64,000 nt of DNA from the human T2T-CHM13v2.0 reference genome, Homo sapiens: assembly GCF_009914755.1 (NCBI RefSeq), contig NC_060936.1. The stretch is one strand, 5' to 3'. Below are positions 27,907 to 41,580 of the stretch, piece after piece (position 1 is the stretch's first letter; each line of letters starts with the position of its first letter). Both the position numbers and the translations under genes were made by a program. The notes beneath the pieces were generated by a model. The model had not been told where the DNA came from. It searched no databases and saw only the letters and a program-made list of their open reading frames with translations.

Positions 27907-28290
27907 GTTATGGGCTGAATTATAGGCCCCCAAATTTCATACATTAAGTGCCTAACTCCCAGTACCTGAGAATGTAACAGATTTGGAGATAAGGTATTTG
28001 TTTTTTTTAAAAAAGAAGTGATTGAGGTAAGAAAAGGTCTTTAGGGTGCACCTTAATCCAATATGACTGATGTCCCTATAAGAAGAAATAAGTTAGACAC
28101 AGACTTGAGTGTGTACAGAAGGCCACATGAACACAGAGTGAGAAGACAGCCATCTGCAAGCCAAGGAGAAGGGCCTTAAAAGAAACCAACCCTACTAACA
28201 CCTTGATCCTGGACTTAACGGCCCCCAGAGCTGTCTTTGAGCCACCCATTCAGTGGCATTTATTACAGCAGACTTAGCAAATTAATACAC
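27907..28290 (+). mobile_element. MLT1 LTR
   Basis: gttatgggctgaatt...taatccaatatgactg...gccatctgcaagccaagga...caccttgatcctggact. Confidence 0.8.
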
Positions 28291-29399
28291 CAATGTTAAC
28301 TCCTGTCTCATTTTTTGATGGGCCTGTATATAATATGTAATGCCACATTAAGCTGTTAATATTTTCTTTCAAGAAAATATAATATTATGTTTTATAGTCA
28401 GAAAGTTTAATCTGTCTTTTTTTTTTACATTTTTCAAAGATAAAATATAATATTGGGTATATTATCCCTCTCAAATCATTGTGCATTTTCACCCCAAATT
28501 GAATGTAAATACAATAATCATAAGAGAATTTTCTCAACTTTAGAAAGTTCCGCTACTAACTTTATTATATTATATACAACATGTAATATCTGGCATGGAG
28601 TGCTACAGAACCAGTATCTATTACAAAGTGGGCAGTCAATAAATGGTAGCTAGTGGTCACCTTTAGTTCACCAAAGAATACTGAGAACTCAATATCCTTT
28701 ATATGACCTTCTCCACCCTGACGTTGGAGAAATTTGTAAGTGTTTTAAGAACAAAATAGATTCTAAGTGTATGATGAGTTTTTTGAAGCTATGGAATATA
28801 AAGAAGTTCTTGAATTTTAAACAAAGGTAAACTGAGGCAAACACGTTCTCTTCTTAACTTACTCTTGTGCATGTCAGGCCACTGGTGGGTGCGGAAAGTG
28901 TAGGCTTCAGTACACTCTCTAATGCTCTCCCATCAATGAAAGGCCAAAGGAACAACAACAAAAAAAAACAAAAACAAAAGGCAAGGTCCCAGGTCCAAAG
29001 AGGAAAGGATCAAACTGCTTAGACTTGCATCCAGTTCAGGATAAAGGGAACACTTGTGACTCACATGTGGTATGTACCAATTCCATATATATACATAAAT
29101 ATTGATATGTGATGCCAAACCCTCACTAAAAACTGTAACTTTGTCTAAATATTCTCTTTGGCATCTATTTTTTGAGGGTCTTTTGGGGGGATGATGTGGA
29201 GGAATCTATGGAGGAAGCCAGTTATAGACTCAGAATCTTTACCACGCTTTACACATTTAATAGTAAATACATGTTAGTAAGGCTTACCAATTGCTGAATG
29301 TAGCTCCGTCTGCCCACATCCACGTTTTGTTTGCATTGTGCTTGCTCAGTTCAAACCAATATAAAGACGGCCCCAGATAATGCATCAAAGATTCCCTTT

Positions 29400-30105
29400 A
29401 CAAAATACAGAGTGCTGTCATAGATTTCTTCTAGTTTTCTTATTCTCACTCCCTCCAGTGCCGTTTAAGTCTATTATTATCTTGCACAGTTACTGCAAAG
29501 GCCGTATAACATGATTCCCTCCGTTTACATTTGAGACTCAGTAGCCAACCTCATCACAGCAAAGATTATGATTCTTTTAAAACTTAAGTCAGATCCTATT
29601 ACATTTTCCCTCATAATTTGGCAGTATCTCCCTATTTTGCTTGGAGCAAAAACTAAACTCTTTACAATAGCCTGCAAGACCCTAATGATCCGCATTCTTC
29701 ACTCAATCCCTCATTTTAGATAGATTGACTGGCTGCTTCTTTTCTGTTCCTTGAATATTCCAGACATTCACTGGCCTTAAGACACACGCTCCAGCCATCT
29801 TCCTTTCCTGGAAAGTTCACTTCTAGATAGTCCCTTACCTGCTTCACATCCTTCCTAAAATGTCACCATCTTATTGGGATATAACCTTACCTGCAGTAAA
29901 CCCACTCCCTTAATTTTCATTTTTTTGCATAAAACTTTCCAACTTCTAACACAATATATAAATTACATATTTAATAAGATAATTTTTCATTGCTTATCTC
30001 TTCCCCTAGCATGTAAACTCCACAAGGGCAAAGATCTTTGATTCTTTGGTTTGCTAATGTATTACACCCTAGGAGTGTGCCTGTCTTTTAGTAGCTATTA
30101 AATGA
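29400..30105 (+). mobile_element. L2
   Basis: aagtcagatcct...atgtaaactccacaagggcaaagat L2 motifs. Confidence 0.65.
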
Positions 30106-31194
30106 GATTAATATTGCAAAGAAGAAATCTAACCATTTCATTCTGAGAGTTGAGCCTGGCCAGAGATCCATAACTTCTGCAGTTTTCTCAGCCATTGATC
30201 CACGTTGTTTCATGTTCAGATTGAAAGAAGCAATTATTATTGATTCAGTTCCAGCCTTGTGGACACATAGTCAAATTTTCTAGGCATGTCTTGTTTCTAA
30301 GGTGCCTTGGAATTCCAACTGAAATTAACAGGTAATAGAGAAAAAGAATAAAGAAAGTATCAAAGAAAGAAAGAGTGAGCTTCAGAGTAAAATATTATTA
30401 TATAGCTCAGACTAATAAAATGTGTTTTACTTACATATTCAATTTGAATGACTTAACTTTAAACATCAATTCAAAAAAATTGAATATCGAGAAGAGAACA
30501 TGAAAGGAATAAGCACTGGAGAATGAGAGCTATGAAAAATTTAAAAACTCAATAACAAACTTCCAGAAATTCAGTATCTTCCAGCCATTTTCCCTCCTAA
30601 TTTTTAGACTACATGAATTTTCTTTATTCATCTATTTCTTTCCTAAAATTTACTATGCTCTCTAGAACAAGTTGCAGTGTAAATAAACAAATTTTTCTAT
30701 ATTCATAACTTCAGTGAGCTGGTTCCTATCATCAACTTAACTGAGACTATATTGTCTTTCAAAGACAGCATTTCTCTAGAAGGTGGCGCTGTTTCCTTGT
30801 CCGTTATGAAACAAGAAACACAGAAAAAAGAATGCTAAAATTTCCCTTTTTACTCTCCACTTTTACTCCTTAAGTTACTGCACTAGATAAAGGAAGTTCC
30901 TTGTTAAGGTATAATCCTGAAAGAAACAAGCTCTGAGAGCACCTCCTATCCACAACTAAAATAAATGACTGGTTCATCTTCAAATCTGTGAGTGGGAAAA
31001 TCCTCAATGGGAAGGATCAACTGGCAATATGGTTCTATATAGTTGAGACCTGAGAGTGAAGTGAAAAAATCAAGTTATCAAAGTTATTTGAATGTGTCAT
31101 GTTCAAAATTATTTTAAAATGTCAAATTCAAATCAATAACCAATATAAAAACCAAATACTTAATTCAAAACTTGGGTCACCAGAAAGGCAGTTT

Positions 31195-32160
31195 TCTCAT
31201 TCATTTACTAATTAATTCATTCTTTCATTTACGCAGTCAACAACTACCGATTGAGCACCTGCTACACGCCAGACATTTTTGTAACTCTATGAATAGCCTA
31301 CATAACATACAGAAATACCTACTCTTATGGGACTTATGCGTCTGAAATTATATAGTTTGTCGTAAAATAGATCAGAGTGAAGGAGAATCAGGGAATCACG
31401 GTTGTTGGTAAAATGAGTAGAAAGCAAACCACAAGAATATGGCGTCATGTAAGTCAAATGAAATTTTTTTTTTTTTTTAGAAAAAGGGAGTGCCAAAAGC
31501 TGCAAATAGGTTATATAATAAGGTGAGGAGGGAGAATGGACCAGTCGATTTAGCAATATGGAAGTTATTGGTGAACTTGAAAGACAAGTTTGGTGGAAAA
31601 AGCAGAGTGGAAGCTTGATCCAAGTGGATTTAACAGAAAAAGGAAAGATAAAAAATTATTTTGAAAAGCCGTTTTAAAGAGGTTGCTGTACCAAGGAGAA
31701 AAACAATAAATTGGTTGCTAAAAGATAAGTGGGGTCTAATAAATTCTGTTGTTTTTGTTGTTTATTTTTTCAAGGTTGATATAGATACCAGTATGTCATA
31801 TTTGCTGATGGAGATGTTTCAGTTGAGGATGAAAAAAGGATAATGTAGGAGAGTGGAGAATTACTAGGGTGATATTACTGATCCAGTGAAAGAATATAGG
31901 ATCTATTGTAGAACATGAATACTGCATCTACAGTTCCAGGAGTCTAGGCAGAGTGTAGGGGCAGAGATGGAGTAAGTAAGCTGGTGTGGTGATGGGAGCA
32001 TTTGGAAGTTTCCTACAAATTGTTAAAATTAGAACAAGTTGGAAGCAAGGGTATAGACATGAGAATGAGCATGAGGAGAATGGAGATGAAGGACAAGGTA
32101 TAAATTGCTAATGAATGGCAGTGAAAGAGTTAATGCACTAGGGAACTATAATACAATTGC
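31195..32160 (-). mobile_element. L2 fragments
   Basis: tcattcattt...gattgagcacctgctacacgccag; gatttagcaatatggaagttattggtgaacttga. Confidence 0.6.
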
Positions 32161-33299
32161 CAGTCCCTCACCCTACTTCTTTGTAACTCCATCATAATTA
32201 TACCTGGTGTGATTCTCTGACATGTGTGTTCTAAGATGATCTTTGATAAACGCCTACTTGAGTTTAAGGTTCAGCACAAATATTTCTCCCTTCATTAAAG
32301 CCTTGACTACAAGCAGCTAACTTATAATCTCCTCTCCTGCTTCAAATTCAACATAGTTCTATTTAGTAATTATTTCTTTTGTGTTACAGTTGTTTGCTTA
32401 CATGCTTCCATATTCAGTTAAAGATAAACTACTTTCAGGCAAGAAATACCATTTTTTTTCATTGTTATATCATCAGCAGGCAGCACTGTGCCTAAAGCTT
32501 GATACATATTTATTGAAAGACTGATTATTCTAGAAGGTGAAGCAGGTGACTAAGTTTGAAGAGCAATTAGATGCACTGTCTTGGAAAATGCTTTTATCTC
32601 TAAATTGTTCTATATTAAGGAAGGAAAGACTAGTTATTGGTATCCAACTGAATCAATAATACAATAATTTTAACAATTTAATTTAATAATTTTAGCAGAA
32701 ATTGTTTACTTACATTTTCTGGGAAATCTTAAAATCCCCCAAAGAAGAAAAGCAATGCCTCCACATATAAAAATTGAGATGATCATTATTTTCCTTTCTA
32801 TTATACCAAAGAGAAACAGATGTCATTGTTTATGTTCCAGAGAGAAAAAAAGCAAGCAAACCAACAAAAAACCCATCATGTTTATCTCTTTTCTCTATCT
32901 TCCGCGTGTTCTACTGTTCACAATTCAGCAATTAATGTATTAGAAAAATAAGAAAGGGAACTAAGACCTAACGTTTGAACATCAGGAGCCTCGAAGGTGC
33001 TTTGGCTCCACTTTCCTGTGCTATTTGGCAGAACTGTGTTACTAATTCTTCTGCCCTGCTTCCAGAACAGAAAACCAACAGTTTCCTCGCAGCGTCTTTT
33101 AATAAAATACTGCCTTTTCCAAGGGAAAATTCCAAGTATTTTTAATGAAATACTGTCTTTTCCAATATGATGGAGGAGGCTGGAATCGCCAATTATCATT
33201 ATTATTGAAGTCTTTGTTTTATTAATGAAAACTGCTTTTACTTAAGACCTATATTATGGTCGCTATCCCCTACCCTGCCCTTCCCTCCCAATGCTAAAA

Positions 33300-33930
33300 G
33301 GGTGCAAGCTAGGATCAAGAAAAGATGCTAGAATAATCACACAACCTCACCCACCTGGCGTGTTGGTCTGCTGCTCCACAACCTCCGTCCCATCCTTACT
33401 CTCCATCCCTTCTCCCTCCATCTCCAACCCTCACGAGGAAGGCTCATCCTTCTGTGTGTGATCACAGAGGCTGGAATAATCCTGCGGGTGAATTGCAAAT
33501 TGCTAAGTATATTTGGTGAGTGCAAACCGCAGGAAACTGACGACCCGGTTTTTCTGAGGGGTGGTGCGGCAGCAAGACAGTAGGAGAAACAGCACAGCAA
33601 CCTAGCATCCTCCACTCAGCCGCGCAGGTGGACTTGGGCCAGATGGCCCCCAGGGGCGTGTCATGTGCCTTCTCTGACGTTTGTACGAGGCAGGGGCAGC
33701 AACGGCAGCCGGGCATGCACCAACGGTGCCTCTGCCCCGGCAGCGATGACTCTACAGCCCATGATTTCCGCAGCCCACGATTGGCTGGGGCACAGCGATA
33801 AGAATTCAACCTAATGGGCACCTCACCTCCCACCTGCTTGGTACGCAGAGCAGAGAATGGGGAGTCCCATACCCTCCCTTTCCGGCTTCTTTATATTGTC
33901 TCCCTAAAAATCTCCGATTGGACACAGGTA
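33300..33930. promoter_or_regulatory. CpG-enriched non-repeat promoter-like island
   Basis: High GC and many CpGs in an AT-rich region; CRE half-site TGACGT near 33675; CCAAT boxes (GATTGG) near 33779 and 33915. Confidence 0.6.
33355..33720 (-). ncRNA. Probable first exon of an intergenic lncRNA (position fits my recollection of LINC02470)
   Basis: Minus-strand donor CAG|GTGGGT at 33354 downstream of CCAAT boxes; 5' end and gene name inferred, not shown by sequence. Confidence 0.4.
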
Positions 33931-34146
33931 TATAACATAAATTGCCTGCACTGGAAAGTGTACACATTCTCTCACGCCACAAAGTGGATCTGCCCCCATT
34001 TTCTTGTTTTTAATAACTTTTTTCTGTTCTACATTTTTAACCACTGTGTTCTAAGTGTACCTGTGGAGTGTTTAGTAAAATGTGGGAAAACAAAGCCATT
34101 GTTTTTACATGTTTTCATAGGAACTAATGAAAGCTTGTTTCATATA

Positions 34147-35222
34147 CAGGCAGTTTTTATTTTGCACTGTAGTGTGTGATAATAAAAATTACTGCACAAG
34201 CTGATATCACACCAAGCTATTTTAATAATAGGGAAAAGTATGATTTTTCCTTTATCCTCTTTTCCTGATTGAAAATTACTTTACTGTCACTCATAAACGT
34301 ATAGGGAAATGTAAACAACAATAAAATTAATATTTTTAAAGTATGCTATAATTAAAACATTAAAAACACTGAGTTTCAAGTGTTTTGCTTAAAAGAAAAT
34401 GAGTAGTGTGAATTGAGCACGTGCTGTTGTTGTTCTATCGCTTACAATATGGAGCCAGCATCTTTTAGATGCCTTCTCAAGCTTTTTTATTCCTAAATTT
34501 GGATAGACTTCCAATATACTATTCTTTGCACTTGAAATGTTAGGAAACACATTGAGAGTTCATTTGATGTGAACACTTTAGCTCGTATAACTTCCTCTGG
34601 GACCTCTTCATTCTTTTCATCACAACCACTTACCTTATTTTTGTCAATAAGTGTGCCTTTACTAAATTCCTCTGGTTGCATTATCTAGAGACTCTTCAAA
34701 AGGTGAATTATTAATAACCCTATCAACAGCTATTGCTTCTCTAACTTCATTTCTCTTCTATTTTATTTCCCCTTTCAGCGCCATCATTTTTTGCTGCACT
34801 TTGTGTCACTAACCAATTTCCTGTTTCAATTACCTTCCTCTTCTTGTCTTCCTGTTTCAAATTTCCTTTGGAATTTGTCATACAGTGACAAACCCATGTG
34901 ACATTTACAAAATAATACAGAATAACTCTCCATCTTATTCTGTATTAACTGATAAAAGATGCATGGTGACCAATCAATCATTGACAGACTTGGAAAAAAG
35001 TGACATGGTTGGTCGTTAATCACAATACAAACATGTATATAGTGATTCGTGAACTGAAAAACTAGCATGGAAGTTTCTACTTTATACAATTACTTACAGT
35101 AAATATAATACAAATACAGATAAGTACGCTGAAAGAATTAAACTGTGCTGTTGGGGAGTTATTTAATTAAACTGTGAGAAGTGAAGTTTATGCATATTAG
35201 AACCACGCAAAGTAAAGTTTAT
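34147..35222 (-). mobile_element. TcMar-Tigger DNA transposon remnant
   Basis: ORF 34493-34681 (QPEEFSKGTLID...GCDEKNEEVPEEV) resembles the acidic C-terminus of Tigger transposases; degenerate TIR-like ends. Confidence 0.6.
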
Positions 35223-35270
35223 ACACACACCCTACTCCCCACAGACATTCTCTTTAAAATATACATATAC

Positions 35271-35574
<304 letters not shown>

Positions 35575-36119
35575 TCATATATATACACACACAAATACAT
35601 ATACAAACACATACATATGCATGTATAAGCATATATTGTATGTGTATAGACCTTATTCTATACATAAGAATTATTTATACTTATTTATGTAATGTATTCT
35701 TGTGACTTCAGTAATTAATTAGCACAGATTTCAAAGCTATAAATGGTAGAAATGTGGTATCTCACAGTTCTGGAGGCCAGAAGTCTGGAATAAAGAGGCT
35801 CTGAGGAAGAACCTGCTTCACACCTCTCTTCCAGCTTCTGGTGGCTGCTGGCAATCCTTAGTGATCCTTACCATGAAGTTGCACCATGCCAGTCTCTGCC
35901 TCTATCTTCTTAATGAGTGGAAAATAGTTCCTAGAATTCAACTAGAAGATTTCTCTCATTTTTCATTTACCTTGACAGACCATATATTCCTTCTTAAGAT
36001 GATAACTTTCAAGAGGAATAGAAACAGTATGACTGGCTTAGATTAAATTCAACCAAATCATTAGAGATAAGATCAACCTCTCCCTCATAGAAGCAAGTAT
36101 ATATATGGGGGCGGGGGGA

Positions 36120-37600
36120 TTGTTTTCTTCTTACAATACTCTTAATATTTCACCTCCTACACCAGATGTGTAGGGAGGGGGTTTCTCCTCAAATCAATAA
36201 ATTATCTAGGGCAGGGGGCCCCAACCCTCGGGCCATGGGCCAGTACCGGTGCATGGCCTTTCAGGAACGGTCCATGGCCTTTCAGGAACAGTCCATGGCC
36301 TGTTAGGAATGGGGTTGCACAGCAGGAGGTGAGCAGCAGGCAAGAGAGAGCAGCTTCATCTGTATTTACAGCTGCTTCCCATCACTTGCATTACTGCCTG
36401 AGCTCCACCTCCTGTCAGATCAGCTGCTCATTAGATTCTCATAGGAGTGCAAACCCTACTGTGAACTGTGAATGCAAGGGATCTAAGTTGCATGCTCCTT
36501 AGGAGAATCTAATGCCTGATGATCTGTCACTGTCTCCCATCATCCCCAGATGAGACCGTCTAGTTGCACGAAAACAAGCTCAGCGTTCCCACTGATTCTA
36601 CATTATGGTGAGTTGTGTAAGTATTTTATTATATATTACAATGTAATAATACTAGAAATAAAGTGAACAAAAAATGTAATGCACTTGAATCATCTTGAAA
36701 CCATCTTCCCCCACCCCAGGGTCTGTAGAAAAATTATCTTCCCTGAAATCGGTCCCTGGTGCCCTATTGGGGCAGCAGTTGGGGACTGCTGCTCTAGGGG
36801 ACACCCACTGTATGTCCTATAATTCAATTCAATTCTGACAGTATCCACCTGGAGTTAGCATCAAATTCCACAGATCAAGGGCTCACTCCATCAAGACTGC
36901 CCTCCACTTCAGATGCCAGTGTCAAGTCTGGGCCTCTGGAACTGCTGACCAACCAGCTACAGATTGAGGGTTCCCTCGACCCCTCATCACACTTGATTAA
37001 TTTGATAGAGAGGCTCAGAGAACTTGGAGAAACACTCAATGTTTACCAGTTTATGATATTAATAAAGGGTACACATGAACATCCAGATAAAAAGATAGTT
37101 GGGGGAGGTCTGAGAGGGTCCAGAGTGCAGGAGCTTCTGTCCCTATAAAGTTGGGGTGCATCATCCTCGTGGCACATAAGTGTGTTTGTCCACCTGGGAG
37201 TTCTTGTAACCCTGTATTTTTGGGACTTTTATGGAGGTTTCATCATGTAGACATGATTGATTACTCTTTTTCCAGCCCCTTTCCCATCTGTGACTAATGT
37301 GGGGTAGGAGTGAAATGTCTAAGCTTCTAACCATGTCTTGGTCTTTCTGGCAACCAGCCTTCATTTAAGAGCCTACCAAGAGTCACCTCATTAGAACCAG
37401 AGATATTCCTATTGCCCAGAACATTCCAAGGGATTTAGGAGCTCTGTCTCAGATGCTCCTATCACTCTGGCAATTACAAAGGTGTTAGGCACTCTGTGTT
37501 AGGAACCAAGGTTAAAAACCAAATAATAAAAGATGTCCCTAAGCACCCCTACTGTTCAGGAAATTCCATTTTTAGAAGCTCTGCACAGGAACTAGGGACA
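36120..37600 (-). mobile_element. MER21-like LTR interrupted by MER1A
   Basis: aattcaattctgaca...acctggagttagcatca...gtcacctcattagaac motifs. Confidence 0.65.
36212..36791 (+). mobile_element. MER1A (hAT-Charlie) with 8-bp TSD
   Basis: CAGGGG.CCCCAAC...GTTGGGGACTGCTG termini; TSD atctaggg/ctctaggg (7 of 8 match). Confidence 0.88.
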
Positions 37601-37681
37601 GATATATAGATATAGATTATATAGATATAGACAATTTCATACACACTCGCTCTCCACTGACAAAATTAGGATTCTACCTGA

Positions 37682-38034
<353 letters not shown>

Positions 38035-38056
38035 ACCAAAATATTTTTTTAAGAGA

Positions 38057-38092
<36 letters not shown>

Positions 38093-38144
38093 AGGTTGTT
38101 TACTCATTGCAAGATATAAAAAAAGGAAGTGGTACCAATACCAC

Positions 38145-39190
38145 CCATATAGGCAAAATGGACTACATTAAAATTTAAAACTTCTGTGCATCGAAGAGCA
38201 TAATCCACAGAGTGAAATGACAACCTACAAAGTGGGAGAAAATGTTTGGAAATCACATATCTCATAAGGAATTAGAATCCACAATATATCACAAATTCCT
38301 ATAGGGCAGCAGAAAACAAACAAATGAAAGAACAAATAACTTGATTTAAAACTGGTCAAATGACTTGAATAGATACTTCTTCATAAAACATAAACAAATG
38401 TCCAGCAAACATATGAAAAGACATTCAATATCACTAATCATTTGAGAAATTAAAATCAAAACTATATTAAGAGATCACCTCACATCCATTAAGATGGCTC
38501 CTGTGGAAAAAAAAAACCCAGAAAATAACAAATACTATAGGGATATGGATAAATTGCAACCCTAGTGAAATTTTCATGGCAATGTAAAATAATGCAACCA
38601 CTACAGACAACAATATGGTGGTTCCCCCCGCCAAATTAAACATTAAATTATAACCTGGCACTTTTGCTTCTGGATATATAGCCAAAATAATTAAAGCAGG
38701 TTATCTCCAAGAGATTTATACAGCCATATTCATAGCAGCGTTATTCACAAGTCAACAGGTTAAAGCAACCCTGGTGTCCATCGATGGGTGGACTAAAAAA
38801 ATGTGGTATATACATACAATGGAATATTATTCAGCTTTAAAAAGGAAGGACATTCTGACACAAGCTACAACATAAATAAACATTGAAGGCTTTATGCTAT
38901 GCGGAATAAGCCAGTCGCAAAAGGACAAGTACTGTATGATTTCACTTACATGAGTTACTTAGAAGACTTAAGCTGATAGAAACAGAAAGTAGAATGGTGG
39001 TGGCTAAGTGATGGGGGAAAGAGGAAATGGGGAGTCATTGTTTGACAGATACAGAGTTTTAGCTTTGCAAGATGAAAATAGTTCTGGAGATTGATTGCAA
39101 AACAATGTAATGTACTTACTACTGAAATTTACACTTAAAAATGGTTAAGATGAAAAATTTTGTTATGTGTATTTTACCATAATTTTTAAA
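38145..39190 (+). mobile_element. L1MA/MB 3' portion
   Basis: ORF2 tail plus L1M 3' UTR (gaaagtagaatggtggtggc...cacttaaaaatggttaagatg). Confidence 0.85.
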
Positions 39191-41570
39191 AAGTAGTTTC
39201 CCAGAGGACTGCCAGACACTGAAATCCTAATGGTGAGAATCTGTAGAATCCCAAAAGTTGAGGAGAAATCAGACAGGAGATAAGTTTCAGTCATATGATG
39301 TGACTTCTGAAAAACCCCCAACAGCACTTGGTAAGAGAAAGAACCATTAACAGCAGATATCTGTGCTTCTATTTCTCTTTCCCATGAAATGTTTAAGAAA
39401 CAGCAGCCAATGAATAGAGGATTTGATGATGCTAGGGAAAAAAAGAGGCAGCAAAACCGCCTGCCTCCTCTTCTGCAGACTTCCAAGTAGAGTTTAAATT
39501 GAAGTTTGGAGTTTCAATACTGTGCTAGACTGGACCTATTAATTTCTGACATGAGACTGCTCTTTTTACTTCAAGGAACCATAAAAGCCTTGGGATTGAC
39601 TCCAGCCTACCCAGATGTAGGGATTTCTAAGTCTCAGAGAGAGCTTAGTGGAAAAGTAAAGTTAATTCTGTGTGTACATACAAAAGTGCGTTTCTTTCCA
39701 ACCACAAGATTCACCTGTTTCTCTGTTCTCTGATCCCTGTGTATGCATTCTTCCCATTTTCATGAGTGCATCTGAGGGCTGTGGGTTAGTGATTTTCCTT
39801 GACCATAAATCCAGTAATTTTGTTTCCTGTTGAGTGGAAGGAAAGAAAGGCAGAACCTTAAGAAATATTTCATTCATACAAAATTACTTTTTAAATAAAT
39901 ATACAATGTTTTCTGGAACCTCGTGATTGTGTTGGATTTTTTTTTCCTATTTATTTCATTAACCATTTCATAAGGAAAGGTTTCCTCTGACTCTTTAGAA
40001 TGGACAGCTTCTTTTAAACCTTTAAATCATTGCATCTGCCTGTAATTATTTCCATTTTTCTAGCATTGGATTTTGAGATGAGTTACTTCAGAATGAGTAT
40101 TTAAATGTTTTAGACAAAAGTAGATAAAAAAATCTGTATCATTGTCACATTTTTTGAGATTTAGAAGCCAACTTGAGTTGCAGTAACCAAAAATGTGGTC
40201 TGGCAAAGCCCACAGTCCCTGGTGGGTTACGATCTGAAGATGGTCTGAAGCTGAGTTGGTTGTCTGGCAGCATTCCCTTGACTGGCCTCACTTCCAGGCA
40301 CTCCTGCACAGAGCTGTGGGGTGTTCATTCCCCATCAAATCTCCTGTTGCCCTGAAAAATTTAAAGAGGCAGAGAAAGTGACAACTAGACCTAGCATTTT
40401 GGTGTATAAGTGCATATATTTCAGTTTTTTTGTTATTGTTGTTACGGCAGTCTGAATTTAGAACTTTGTGCTAACAACAGGTTACAGCAACCCTAGAGTC
40501 CATCAATGGGTGGAATAAAAATATGTCATATATACATACAATGGAATATTATTCAGCCTTAAAAAGGAAGGACATTCTGACACAAGCTACAACATAAATA
40601 ACCATCGAAGGCATTATGAAGCTTCTTTTACTAGCAAAGTTACTTTCCAGAAACCTTAGTAGCTGCGATCTTGCTTCAGTCCATAAGCTTTCTGTGACTT
40701 GACTTAGAGTAGCAGGCAATTAGTCCATAAAAGAAACATAATGAATATCCTGATGCCTCTCAACCATCTGGAAAATATTAACCGGGCACCGAAATACTTG
40801 ATAAATGCTGTGAAAAACATGGGATTGGGTGGTGAATAGGTTGACTGACAAGGTATGTAGAAGAGTGGGGAGAGTGTACTTTAGGGTGGGTGGTGAGACT
40901 AAGTCACTCTTCTCATTAAAAGAATGTGTGCTGCCTGTACAAATTTGTCTTCATCTTTTTCAGCCAATCCACTCCAATGGGCTTATGGATATGCTGGCCA
41001 TATTAACAAATTAAGACACAAGATTTCCAGTTAAATTTGAATTTCAATCGACCACAGATAATTGCAGAGACAGCAAATACAAATATTGATGAGCAATACT
41101 TACATTAAAAATAAGTCATTTTTACCTGAAATTCAAATTCTGTTTTCCCACACATAGCTACATTATTTCCTGCACGTAGCTACATCCCTCCTCTGCTATG
41201 TAAACCCCCAATTTCAGTCACTTGGGGAGATGAATTTGAGACTGATCTGCAGTTCTTCTCAGCTGCAGCAACTGAATAAAGTCATCTCCCCTGGAAATAC
41301 TTGCCTCAGTGATTGGCATTCTGTGCAATGAGTAACGGGACCTAGGCTGAACCTCTGGCATTTCAGTAACAGATTTTGGTTCCCTCATCAGGAAGACATT
41401 GCTCTTGGCTTGGCTGTCACCAGTTGGGAGAATTTCCGCAACCCTAAGCAGCAGCCTATGTGTTTTAGGCAGGATGTGGGTTTTAGTCTTTCTATTTAGC
41501 ATTGCTGCTGCCAGCCCCAACCACATTTCTGATTGCCTAGGAAGAACAGCCTTTCAAATTTGACTTCTGC

Positions 41571-41580
41571 ATGTGGATAG
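41571..41580 (+). CDS. CLEC12A: CLEC12A distal alternative first coding exon (ATG TGG ATA G; long isoform MWIDFFTYSS-MSEE...)
   Basis: ATGTGGATAG|GTGAGT consensus donor; joining to the AG at 61751-61752 gives in-frame M-W-I-D-F-F-T-Y-S-S-M-S-E-E, the N-terminus I recall for the long CLEC12A isoform. Confidence 0.88.

Noticed and set aside
33337-33833. 92- and 123-aa ORFs in the CpG patch
   Set aside because: No recognisable domain; expected by chance in GC-rich sequence; the 92-aa ORF has no ATG at its listed start
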